Positions 21,958 to 32,559 of a DNA stretch of 32,559 bases are shown piece after piece. Source of the stretch: Octopus sinensis. Lineage: Eukaryota. The notes beneath the pieces are model-generated. The model ran no database searches and was not told the DNA's origin. It worked only from the letters and a program-made list of their open reading frames with translations. The translations under genes were made by a program, and so were the position numbers. Every line of letters begins with the position of its first letter. Positions within the stretch are counted from its first letter, which is position 1. The DNA lies in NCBI RefSeq assembly GCF_006345805.1, contig NW_021832803.1, forward strand, positions 1 through 32,559. The letters run 5' to 3'.

Positions 21958-23220
21958 AAGATTAAAACGTAGCAGTTCACTTGTCAACTGCGATAACTGT
22001 AACAAATTTATTTATTAAAATACACATTCAACTAATAAAGAGCGTACAATAACGTTTAGATTGTATAAAGAAACATGTAACAGCAGTAGCTGTAATGATT
22101 TTTCCCCAGCCACAAAGTCAAAAGCATTTCTGAGACTGTAAATTTGAACAAGAGGAACAACAAAACATCGAGCAAGTGACGTTTTAATTGATTGGTCTAA
22201 AAGTTAAGATTTGATTAAGAGAAATGTGCTCACTTTGAAATCGCTAATCTCAACTTGAAGACACTTGAGCTTACTTAACATTACATACGCTTCGTTGTTA
22301 AATGTTATTTTCCTGTTGAAATATTCGCAGTGCTATCTGCCCCATCATATAATTAGTTCTAGTTAAAACTTTTAATTTTGATCTATCATAAATAAGTTAA
22401 CACTAACTTAACTACACTACACAAAACTTCGTATATTTCTAAAGACTGGTAATAATATAAATACTACTTGTATTATTTGTGAACGTGTTTTGAATAAGAA
22501 ATTAACTATATTTGTAAATGTATTTTCATTTGGAATCTAATCACAAACTCACAAACAGACATTAAACAGTGAATATGTTATTTACTGACTTTCTTTCCAC
22601 AACGTAAATATCCATTAGTATTCTTTTCTACTCTACAACAATCACCACTACCACAACCGGAGATATTTTTGTCTATGCAAGATGTTTTTGTATATTGGTT
22701 GAATCCGAACAATTAGGCTCTAACAGGGTCCATTCTTTTATTTTATATCAGACAGTATGCATTAAAGACATATCAGACAATATGCATTAACAATAATCTC
22801 GCTTTGTAGCCATATGCTTCTAATTCAGTGTCACTATGCGACAACTTGGGCAAGTAGCTTCTACAATAGCCCCGGGCCGACTAACGTGTGAAGTAATATT
22901 TAAATATATGTATATATATACATAGGTTAAATAAAACGATACAACAAAGCCAAAAGCAGTCTTACAGCTGTTTCAGTGATATAAAAGATATCTCATCCTG
23001 AAAGACGATATGAAATAGTTAAATAGAAGGAAAAAGTACAGTTCAATATATGAAGTTATTCTGGAAAGGGAAAGATTCAGGAAGTGTAAAAGGAAATATA
23101 AGAATAAAATGCGTTGGATATTAAACTTGCTGTTCCAGTATCCTTCGGTACCACTTACATAGCCTTACCTACCATTTGGATCTTCTTGATACAAAAATCT
23201 CTCTCTCTCTCTCACTCTCA

Positions 23221-23262
<42 letters not shown>

Positions 23263-23264
<2 letters not shown>

Positions 23265-23417
23265 GACGGGCTTTCAGTTTTCGTCTACCAAATCCAATCA
23301 AAAGCTGCCGTCGGGCCGTGGCTATAGTAGAAGACGCCGATGGCCACGTAGTGGGACTGTACCCGGAACCATGTGGTTGAAAAGCAAGCTTTTTACAACA
23401 CAGCCACTCCTGCGCCT
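23263..23417 (-). mobile_element. SINE family A, 5' half
   Basis: CAGCCACTCCTGCGCC head; (TA)n on both sides. Confidence 0.8.
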
Positions 23418-23435
23418 ATATATATATATATAGGG

Positions 23436-23487
<52 letters not shown>

Positions 23488-23596
23488 TTTATCCGTAATA
23501 ATGAAGGGTGAAATTAATTAATTGGAATAATTATCAATTACACCAAGTAGTCTTCGGCATGTAAAAGCTCATTCGAGGAAAATTTAAGTAATACTA

Positions 23597-23654
23597 CAAT
23601 AAAGGGTTTAGCAACGGTATGTGGTAAGGCAATTCGTTGCTAAACCTTTTATTG
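23597..23654. other. 58-nt hairpin (20-bp arms, one G-U pair) in a short element between (TA)n tracts
   Basis: CAATAAAGGGTTTAGCAACG pairs with CGTTGCTAAACCTTTTATTG. Confidence 0.75.
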
Positions 23655-24397
23655 CTTAGTATAATATATAGATATATATAATAATAATATATAATATATA
23701 TATGTATATATATAGATATATATTATATATATATATATATATAATATACATATATATATATAGATATATATATATATATACAAATAATATAAATCTATAT
23801 ATTATATATATACTATACACATAGTAAATTTAATGTTTATTTATTTAGTGACTTTTGGAATAATATTTATAATAATATATTTTTCTTCTATATAATATAG
23901 ATAATGTCTTTCACTATTGAATTACTTAATAGAGGTTATTTGTCTTAATTATATATAATATATGCATATATATGTACGTATATACAGACGTCTGTGTGCG
24001 TATGCATATATGTATAAGTACACAATAGCAAAACAATAAAAATAATAAAATGAACGGCTGAATGAATACGACGCATGTATCACTTACAAACTCAAGCTGC
24101 TACATATTTACAAATTTCCATTACATTATCATACAGTCCCAAGATAATCTGACGTAAATGAATAACACCTTTCTCTACAATCCGTTGAAGGTTTGCAAAT
24201 ACGTGTTATTGTCACTGGAAATAATTAATTTAAAAGTTGTGAGCAATCACTTCGTTTCTTTGCGATGTTATATTCCTCGTTAGAGACTGTTACACATCTT
24301 CGAGTGATTCCTTTTAAAGGTTCGAGTTTAGTGTCTGAGAATATCGGCCGGATATATTTTTGATATTTCGCAATTAAATCGTACAAAATATAATTAG

Positions 24398-24605
24398 AGT
24401 AACCCGTCGCCATATCGCGGTTCGCCTATCGCGGTTTATCATTTAAGCTCACGTCGATTTCTCGTGGTGTTGTTTTGCATTTATCATAAAATAAATATAT
24501 ACAAATTATAAAAATAATAAAAATATATACAGTACAGTGCTATTTCTACTTTGCAGATTTTCCCCTATCACGGGTTGATCTGGTACGTAACTCCAGCGAT
24601 ATCTG
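24398..24605. mobile_element. Possible pogo/Tigger-like non-autonomous relic
   Basis: GTAACCCGTCGCCATATCGCGG start, repeated TATCGCGG subterminal motifs, and partial inverted end CCAGCGATAT. Confidence 0.35.
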
Positions 24606-24622
24606 TCCTAACATTAAATAAC

Positions 24623-24677
<55 letters not shown>

Positions 24678-24687
24678 TTAATAATAA

Positions 24688-25113
24688 CGCCTTGATGCAG
24701 TACCAGGCAGTGGCTCTCATGGCTCCTGATCTTAACTGATTGGAAGTGTTATCATGTACATTGTTTTGTCTTGGTATAAAAGTTGGGCTACAGCAAATAT
24801 TCTGCTCAATACCACAGATTTGCTTGTCAGTTGTTTGACCGTAAACAGTTGAGCATGTCCCTTAGTGGCTGACGATATGTGCATCTTTGATCACAAGCAG
24901 AAGTAGTGGCGGAGCATCATAACCGTGTGTTGAAAGGAATTCTTGGAGGTTTGGATAATTCACCTTTGGAAACATGGGTGGTCTGTTCAACACCCTTAAA
25001 CAACCCTTATTCAGGGACCTTTTGAGCGGGATGGGCTACTCGACCAGAAGAAAATTCTAACTGGGCCTAACCTGCAAGGTCATGTGCTGTTTATCTTGAT
25101 GAGATCACTATGC
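24688..25113. repeat. Unclassified probable interspersed repeat abutting an (AAT)n array
   Basis: Sharp boundary with (AAT)n at 24617-24687 and higher GC than the flanks; single copy here, recognised only from memory of octopus-type repeats. Confidence 0.4.
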
Positions 25114-25124
25114 GCGGAGTGGAA

Positions 25125-25260
25125 TAGTAGATTACGTCGATCCCAGTACTTAACTGGTACTAAATTTATCGACCTTGAGAGGATGAGGGGTAAAGCTGAC
25201 CTCGGCGGAATGTGAAATCAGAACATAGCGACGGGCAAAATACCACTAATGATTCTGCCA
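25125..25260 (-). mobile_element. Decayed SINE family B
   Basis: TCGACCTTGAGAGGATGAGGGGTAAAGCTGACCTCGGCGGAAT matches the core. Confidence 0.6.
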
Positions 25261-25298
25261 GATCGCCGCCTTTATAACAATTATAATAATGATGATGC

Positions 25299-25333
<35 letters not shown>

Positions 25334-25390
25334 TAATAATAATAATAATAATAATAATGATAATAATAATAATAATAATATAATAATAAT

Positions 25391-25468
25391 AAACTTTCAA
25401 AATACAAAGACCTGGAAATAGAGGTAACCAGAATGTGGAATCTAAAAACAGAAACAATTCCTATCATA
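25391..25468 (+). mobile_element. Third R4/Dong-like fragment (endonuclease region) right after (AAT)n
   Basis: KLSKYKDLEIEVTRMWNLKTETIPII versus KLSKYKDLEIEISKMWKLKTKTIPVV in the long copy. Confidence 0.85.
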
Positions 25469-26296
25469 TAATAATATTTATTATTATAACTATTATTATT
25501 ATTATTATTATTGTTATTATGAACGAGATGAACCGTGAATACCTTTACAATTAAATTTTACAATTAACTTTACAATTAAACTTTACAAATACACTTTATG
25601 ATTAAACTTTACAATTAAATTTATAAATACACTTTAAAATTAAACTTAAAACAACCTCTAGTTTCGCTGCAATGCAAAACCGTGACCTTTCTTTTCGTTT
25701 CCTGCCTTCAAAATGAACATTCATACAAAAAGTAATAAATATTTCATCGTTCCCGAATGGAGGAATAGCGAAGATGATCTCGATCGAATATTATCTCACA
25801 ACGTATGTCAGACAAAATGATGCTAAGTAATTCTGTCCAGTTTGCTAACGATTCTGTAAGTACGCCAACTCAAGAATATCTTCTTCCGAAGTTTATGAAG
25901 AACCAGATAGCATAAAATATACAACTATGTATCCGTGTTGTTATTTTGGCGTGAATTCTACATCCCGATAAAACAATATCGCTTTTATCTTGTTTCTCCT
26001 CTCCAATAACATGCTTGGAATGTTCTGAAGTGAAGTGTTGGAAAAGACATCCTGAAATATTACATATTCACATAAGAGTCAACCGTAAATACGATAAAAT
26101 TTCAAGGTATCGATAGCATATTCCATGTTCCCCTTACATATATCAAAACCATTCATGAATGACTGCACCGTATCGCAAAAGTTGCAGAAAATTATCCGAC
26201 AGCACAAAGATAAACTTAAGCTTTCCAAACATGAATTTATTATGTAATAGTTTATGTATACATACGCTTACGTATGCATGTATGTATGCATGTATG

Positions 26297-26443
<147 letters not shown>

Positions 26444-26489
26444 GTCCGAGTGTGTCTGCCTGTCTGTCTCTCTGCATATAAAAAATATG

Positions 26490-26765
26490 TTAGGTCGTCA
26501 CGTATGAAATTTGTAGAAAAGAAAGAGAAGTTTGTTAATGTTTTATGAATTCAAGGAATAGTTTTATTTCATCAAAGTATGCACCAATATTGTAAATACA
26601 CTTTCGCCATTTCAGTGGTAGCTTGTCCACTCCGGAACTGTAAAAGCCTGTCAATTTAGAGTCAATAAAATCTTGTAAGGCCTGTTTTACAGCATCGTCG
26701 GAATTAAATCCTTCCACTTTCAAAGAGTTATCCAAATTGGTGGAGGATATCGACTCCTTAATTGT
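26490..26765 (-). mobile_element. Mariner 3' fragment with TIR-like end
   Basis: FNSDDAVKQALQDFIDSK..FYSSGVDKLPLKWRKCI...GAYFD; TTAGGTCGTCACGTATGAAAT terminus. Confidence 0.75.
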
Positions 26766-27385
26766 TTTCCTAAAATGTACCATAAATGTTCAATAATATT
26801 GAGATCTGAGGACTGTGGTGGCCAGAGAAGATGTTTAACTTCACTAGAATGTTCCTCGTGCCATTCAGTAACAACTTTAGCTGTGCGAATTAGTGCTTTA
26901 TCAACCTGAAAGATTGCATTTCCCTCCAGAAACAGTTTCGCAACCATAAGATGAATGAGATCATATAAAATGCTTAAATAGTATTGACTATTAATTCTGC
27001 CATGAAGAGAAGCCATTAGGCCGACAGATTTCCCAGATATAGACACCCTCAGATCATTCCAGATACTCCTGCATGTTTAACAGTTGGAAGAAGGCAATCT
27101 GGTTCAAATGATTCTTTTGGCTGTGTCCACAAATATACTCAGCTGGTGATCGGAAATAAGGTAGAGGAGGACTCTTTCACTGCTCTAGGGACCAATGCTG
27201 TAGGTTTTACTCCACTTTAAACTCTTTGCAACGTTTGTTTTTGGAAGTAGTGGTTTTCTGATTGCAACCCTTCCGTGAAATCCGGCTTTGTGCAGTTCCT
27301 GGCGAACAGTTTTTTGTGGAAACTGGGTTCTTGAGGTGGTCATTAAACTCTGCAGTAATTTTGAGAGCTGTATATTTGTGATTCT
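26766..27385 (-). mobile_element. Tc1-type transposase relic, frameshifted
   Basis: WSDESS, PTVKH, FQVDKALIRTA (for FQxDNAPxHTA) and WPPQSSDLNIIEHLW motifs across several frames. Confidence 0.85.
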
Positions 27386-27611
27386 TTCTAAAAATTCAAT
27401 TCACATACATACATACATTCATACATACATACATACATACATACATACATACATACATACATACATGCATACATACATAAATAATTACATGCGTACATAC
27501 ATACATACATATATACATACACACATACATACGTCCACACGCATATACGTACATACATACATACATACGTACATATATACATTCATACATACACACATAC
27601 TTGGCCTGGAT

Positions 27612-27932
27612 CTCCGTCGGTTACGACGATAAATATTCCAGTTGTTTCGATCAACGGAACAGCCAGCTCGTGAAATTAACAGATTAAGGTGCAAGTCGCC
27701 GAGCACTACACAGACACGCGTATCCTTAACGTAGTTCTCGGGCAAATTCAGCGTGATAAAGTATGTGACAAAGCTGGACCTTTTGAGTAATAAGTACAAA
27801 TCATTTTTAACAGCTCAGTGGTCGAGAGAAACGTGAAAAAAGTGTCTTGCTGGACAACACAACGCGCTGCAGAGAATCGAACTCACGACATTACGATCGT
27901 GAGCCAAATACTCTAAACATTAAACCACGTAT
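27612..27932 (-). mobile_element. Older SINE (head H3, tail T2)
   Basis: Tail CTCCGTCGGTTACGACG; body AAGTGTCTTGCTGGACAACACAACGC...GAATCGAACTC. Confidence 0.75.
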
Positions 27933-27992
27933 TTCCAACTACATCTATCCATCCATCCATGCATACAGACATACGTATGTGCATATACATAC

Positions 27993-28027
<35 letters not shown>

Positions 28028-28029
<2 letters not shown>

Positions 28030-28430
28030 CGTAGGAGTGGCTGTGTGGTAAGTATCTTGTTTACGAACCACATGGTTCCGGGTTCAGTCCCACTGCGTGG
28101 CATCTTGGGAAAGTGTTTTCTGCTATAGCCCCGGGCCGACCAATGCCTTGTGAGTGGATTTGGTAGACGGAAACTGAAAGAAGCCTGGCGTACATATGTA
28201 TATATATATATGTATATGTGTGTGTGTTTGTTTGTCCCCCTAGCATTGCTTGACAATCGATGCTGTTTACGTCCCCGTCACTTGGCGGTTCGGCAAAAGA
28301 GAATGATAGAATAAGTACTGGGCTTACAAAGAATAAGTCCCGGGGTCGATTTGCTCGACTAAAGGCGGTGCTCCAGCATCGCCGCAGTCAAATGACTGAA
28401 ACAAGTAAAAGAGTAAAAGAGTAAAAGAGT
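28028..28430 (+). mobile_element. SINE family A, full length, inside (TA)n
   Basis: GGCGTAGGAGTGGCTGTGTGG head, GGTTCAGTCCC box, three AAAAGAGT tail units. Confidence 0.93.
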
Positions 28431-28608
28431 ATATATATATATATATATATATACAAAATGAGAAAATGGAGAAACATACCTAAAGCAATCATCAACCATC
28501 AGATAATACCCAATCAATAATTTATTAAACCATTACACAACAGCAATGACATTATACATAATATATTACAAATATAACTAGACATATAAATAGAAATAGA
28601 AAATATAA

Positions 28609-28740
28609 TTACATTGTAGCTGACAGCTGTTTCGGCCGTGAAGACAGGTATGTCCCATTTAACCTATTAGCTATATAAAGCAGGTATAAATGAGACATTA
28701 ACAAGAATGTCTCACGGCCTCTTCAGAGAATTTAATGTAA
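28609..28740 (-). ncRNA. Type I hammerhead ribozyme, minus strand, predicted cleavage after GUC (C at 28622)
   Basis: CUGAAGA 28726-28720; 8-bp helix II GGCCGUGA/UCACGGCC; GAAA; palindromic helix III ACAGCUGU; helix I has 2 proximal bp, an internal loop, then 7 bp UUACAUU/AAUGUAA. Confidence 0.72.
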
Positions 28741-29148
28741 GTATGAAAAAGATTTACATATAAATATAAAAATGTGTGCATAGACACTCATAATTCTACA
28801 CATATATATATACACAATAATACAATATAAACAGTATATATCAATATACATTAACAAACACAATAAACACAATAAAGTTCCATATTGAACTCATAGTTCT
28901 ATAACCAACATCAAGGAAATACATGTACACTCACACTTAAATTTAAAGCAGGCATATATATTTAACAGTCCAGTCTATTAAAATGTATAACCACATAAAA
29001 AGTCAATAACATTGATATTAATATTAATAATAATAATAATAATAACAACCATGATTGTACCATGTAAAGCAAGCGGACATCCACATATATACTCAATAAG
29101 TCGAATTCATCTGTCCGCTATCTCATTTTATATATATATATGTATAAA

Positions 29149-29322
29149 GGGAAATTTTTATGAAAATAAACAAAAGACGAAGGCAGGTGGTGTACAAAAC
29201 AAACAGATGTATTAGTATAACGCTCAGGAATAGAAAAAGTCTTTTACGTTTCGAGCCTACGCTCTTCTACAGAAAGATACAGAGAAAAAACAAGGAGAGG
29301 AAAAAAAGCGTGTAGGAGAACG

Positions 29323-29323
<1 letters not shown>
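29149..29323 (-). mobile_element. Fourth copy of the 10588-11165 repeat, between (TA)n tracts
   Basis: Same AAACAGATGTATTAGTATAACGCTCAGG...CGTTTCGAGCCTACGCTCTTCTACAGAAAG sequence; hammerhead-like motif at 29240-29277. Confidence 0.75.
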
Positions 29324-29360
<37 letters not shown>

Positions 29361-29363
<3 letters not shown>

Positions 29364-29652
29364 ACGTGATCACATGACCGACCAGACCATCAAATGTTGC
29401 TACACATCGCTGGTTACAATGCGTTCGCATTGTTTTAGCCTTCGAACGACGCTACCCCGCTGGCTAAGCGAGCAGGCCAACAGAAGAAAGAGTGGTGAAT
29501 GAGTACAGCAGGGATCACCACCCCCTGTCGGAGCCTCGTGGAGCTTTTAGGTGTTTTCGCTCAATAAACACACACAACACCCGGTCTGGGAATCGAAACC
29601 GCGATCCTCCGACCGCAAGTCCGCTGCCCTAACCACTGGGCTATTGCGCCTC
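29361..29652 (-). mobile_element. SINE with the family D head and a different 3' module
   Basis: About 29495-29652 matches the family D head; 29361-29490 does not match the T2 tail. Confidence 0.75.
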
Positions 29653-30452
29653 CACATATATATATTGCCTTCCCCTCTCTCTCTCTCTCTCTCTTGCTCT
29701 CTCTGCCTCACCCTTCTCTCTAGCCGCGTGTCTTCCTCTATCTGTCTCTCTCTCTCTCTCCCACTCCTCACTTTCGTCACTGCTAATCCTTTCGCCTGTT
29801 GCATTCAGGCCCTAAGGTCATGTTTCCCAGCGCTCGCCAGTTACCTTCTCGTCCCCGCCAGAACAAAGGCCTTCGTTCGTCTTTTTCGTTTGTTCTCTTG
29901 TTTATTTTGATTTCTCGTATTGTAATTTAATTCTCGTTTTGTATTTTCTTGTACATGTATCTTTAATTTTGTATTATTTTTTTCTTGTATTTTTTTGTGC
30001 AGTTCTTTGTTACGTCCCTTTTTGTGTTACATTTTTTTCTTGCTCGTTTTACCCCTCTACGAGGTTATTTTATTTTAATTCTCTCGTAGGAAGGCCTAGC
30101 ATGGACAGACGTGTTCTGTCTTGCCTTCGAAACACGCTATGTCTGCTACCGACAGCTGATGAAGGGGATTTTTCCTTGTGCAGCATGTCCTGTACTTCGT
30201 TTTTCTGCTGTACATAATTGTTTTTCCCGTTTTCGTTTCGTCTTGTTCCACGTCTATGTCCTTCTGTTGTAACAAAATGGCTTTTCCGTTTTCGTTTCTG
30301 TTGATTTTTACGTCTTCTTGTGGTGTCCTGTACGTATATATATTTATATATGCATGTATATATACATGTAGATGTCGGAACGTACATATATGTTTGTATG
30401 TATGCATATATTTTATTTATTACACTATATATATATATATATATATGTATAT

Positions 30453-30486
30453 ACTAGCTGAAGGTGACCCGCGCGTAGAGCGGGTA
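30453..30486 (+). mobile_element. Possible Helitron-like terminus
   Basis: ACTAG start next to (TA)n, followed by hairpin ACCCGC/GCGGGT. Confidence 0.3.
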
Positions 30487-30521
30487 AGAGTGTGGTTGTT
30501 ACTTTCTGTTGCTTCCTTTCA

Positions 30522-30836
30522 GCACGTAAAAAGCACCATCCGAACGTGGCAGATTGCAGCGCCGCCTTGACTTGCTTCTGTGCCTGTGGCACGTAAAAAG
30601 CACCAACCGATCGTTGCCGCTGCGAGCCCCCTTGGCACCTGTGCCGGCGGCACGAAAAAAGCACCCACTACACTCACAGAGTGGTTGGCGTTAGGAAGGT
30701 CATCCACCTGTAGAAACACTGCCAGATCAGACTGGAGCCTGGTGCAGCCTCCTGGCTTCCCAGACCCCGGTCACACTGCCCAACCCGAGCTAGCACGGAA
30801 AACGGACGTTACGTTAACGATGATGATGATGATGAT
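30522..30836 (+). mobile_element. SINE 3' part with RTE-style (GAT)n tail and a triplicated internal motif
   Basis: GCACG(T/A)AAAAAGCACC at 30522, 30589 and 30650; GGTTGGCGTTAGGAAGG.CATCCA; ends GGAAAACGGACGTT...(GAT)6. Confidence 0.75.
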
Positions 30837-31125
30837 CTCCGTATTTGTTTCTCTCTCCTTTCTCTCTCACTTTCCCACTCTCTTACTTTTCTTTTCTCTC
30901 GGACTCTCCCTCGCTTTCTCTTACTCTCTATCTTTTCTATCTCTCTCCCATTTATAACAACAGAAGATCTTGAGTAAGTTGAGAAATAAAATATTTAGAA
31001 AGATCAATCAGCAATATGAGGCAGTGGCAATGGAAAGGTTTGCTTCAAGGCAGACAGCAAAAAACGCTAACATTTAACAGGGACAGACGAACTTGCGAGC
31101 TGAATAAAAATAATAAAATATTGGA

Positions 31126-31420
31126 AACCAAAGTTTGAAGGGATAGAATCTGAGGATTAGAGTCACCATGGCTGGCATTTGTTAACGACGGACAGCAATG
31201 TAGTGACAGTTTAACGGCGGCGTAAAATTTTGAACTTGATGTAAAAGAAAATTCGTAACCACCAAGTTTTGAAGTGATTCTTTCTCACGACAGTAGGACT
31301 CACCATGGCAAGCATTCAAAACTTCTTTATCATGGACAGCACACATTGACGATTAAAAGGCTGGCGCAAATTTTTTAGCTTGATGTAACAGAGAATTCCT
31401 AAACACCCGGTCCTTGAAAT
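31126..31420. repeat. Diverged ~135-145-bp tandem repeat, two units plus a partial
   Basis: TCACCATGGC at 31163/31300, GGACAGCA at 31190/31334, CTTGATGTAA at 31235/31379. Confidence 0.6.
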
Positions 31421-32073
31421 TTTAATCCCTTCCAGCCCCATTTAGACCCCTTTCACATTTTGGTTAATATAACCCGATTTCATTCGGGTCTACTGGGGCC
31501 ACATTTTATTAGATGAGGAATTTTGTCCTAGAGGTGACGCCTTTCATTTGAGGAAAAGAATAGTTGTCATGCAAACTTGCCAGCACTTTTAACATAGGTG
31601 TGCATATTTTCAGCTGAATCAACCGACTACGTAATGCACACATTATATATATATGTATATATGTGTATATAATATATATGTGTGTGTGTGTGTGTGCACG
31701 CATTATATATACAATTGTATACAAATGAGATATATATCTGTATAAATTAAATTAGAGATAAAACCACTAATAGGCAAATCAAACAGTGAAAAACCAGAAA
31801 CAAAAACTTTAAAAAAATATAATATAGAAAATATATAAAATAAAAATTAAAAAGAATTTAAATTATTTAAATTGAAAATAAAAATTATTAAATTATATTT
31901 ATAATTTGTTTAAAAATATATATAACTATGAAAAAGTATGAAAAAGTTTAATATACATAATACGATGTATACACTTTGTATATGTACATTATATATACAT
32001 ATTTATATATAGAACACACACACACCACACACACACATACAATGATTCATACTATTTGTTCTCATATATATAT

Positions 32074-32116
<43 letters not shown>

Positions 32117-32149
32117 CATATTATATATACAATACATATATATACACAC

Positions 32150-32213
<64 letters not shown>

Positions 32214-32559
32214 AACGTTATTGAAAACTCCTAAAAGAAGGTGCTTTTTCCATTCATCAACCGAATTGAGTCTTGGCCAGAATAAATTGATGTCGTCTCA
32301 TAATCATCGAGTGTTTCAGACGAGTATCGTGAAACAGAAATTTCCATAAATTACAAGTAACGAACTTGACTAGATTAAACATACCACCTGCTTACATTCC
32401 TTCGTAAACTCCTGAAAACCTCCAATGCAAAAATGTATACATACATATATATATATATACATGTATATATATTCTTGCATATAAATATAAATATATATAT
32501 ACTTGCATATAAATATATACATATATATATACATGTATATATACTTGCATATAAATATA

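Noticed and set aside
22956-23010. Intact minus-strand hammerhead
   Set aside because: GAAACAGCUGUA and a GUCU/AGAC helix I are present, but the CUGANGA core is corrupted; treated as a relic.
24225-24413. Minus-strand protein-like ORF or exon (TKLEPLKGITRRCVTVSNEEYNIAKKR)
   Set aside because: Weak donor (GTGATT), no recognisable motif and no partner exons found; left unannotated.
24688-24760. HDV-like ribozyme at a putative R4 5' end
   Set aside because: The GCCTTG/CAGGC stem encloses only ~9 nt, too little for the nested P2/P3/L3 elements.
25530-25650. ~13-bp CTTTACAATTAAA minisatellite
   Set aside because: Ordinary degenerate AT-rich tandem repeat with no further structure.
32305-32350. 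Hammerhead-like CAGACGA...GAAAC
   Set aside because: U4A change, no convincing helix II or III, and no cleavage triplet.

Overview
AT-rich, microsatellite-dense eukaryotic DNA. The SINE families and (TA)n/(CA)n/(TAA)n density suggest an octopus genome; this is pattern recognition, not a database match. No intact protein-coding gene is visible, and most listed ORFs are microsatellite or SINE read-throughs. The window is a transposon mosaic: a 5'-truncated L1/Tx1-type LINE inside a (GATA)n array, three R4/Dong-type LINE pieces each directly after a (TAA)n array, about 20 tRNA-derived SINE copies built from shuffled modules, two copies of a GG...CC MITE with exact 8-bp TSDs and internal TTAGGG repeats, and mariner/Tc1 relics. 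A few weak candidate host exons lie on the + strand. Most notable: (1) three hammerhead ribozymes with canonical cores (2790-2889 +, 9267-9354 +, 28609-28740 -) plus variant hammerhead-like motifs, in otherwise dissimilar short elements in or near (TA)n, each family with its own self-complementary helix III; (2) a SINE whose 3' ~33 nt match the 3' end of the Tx1-type LINE; (3) retroelement classes sorted by microsatellite type.
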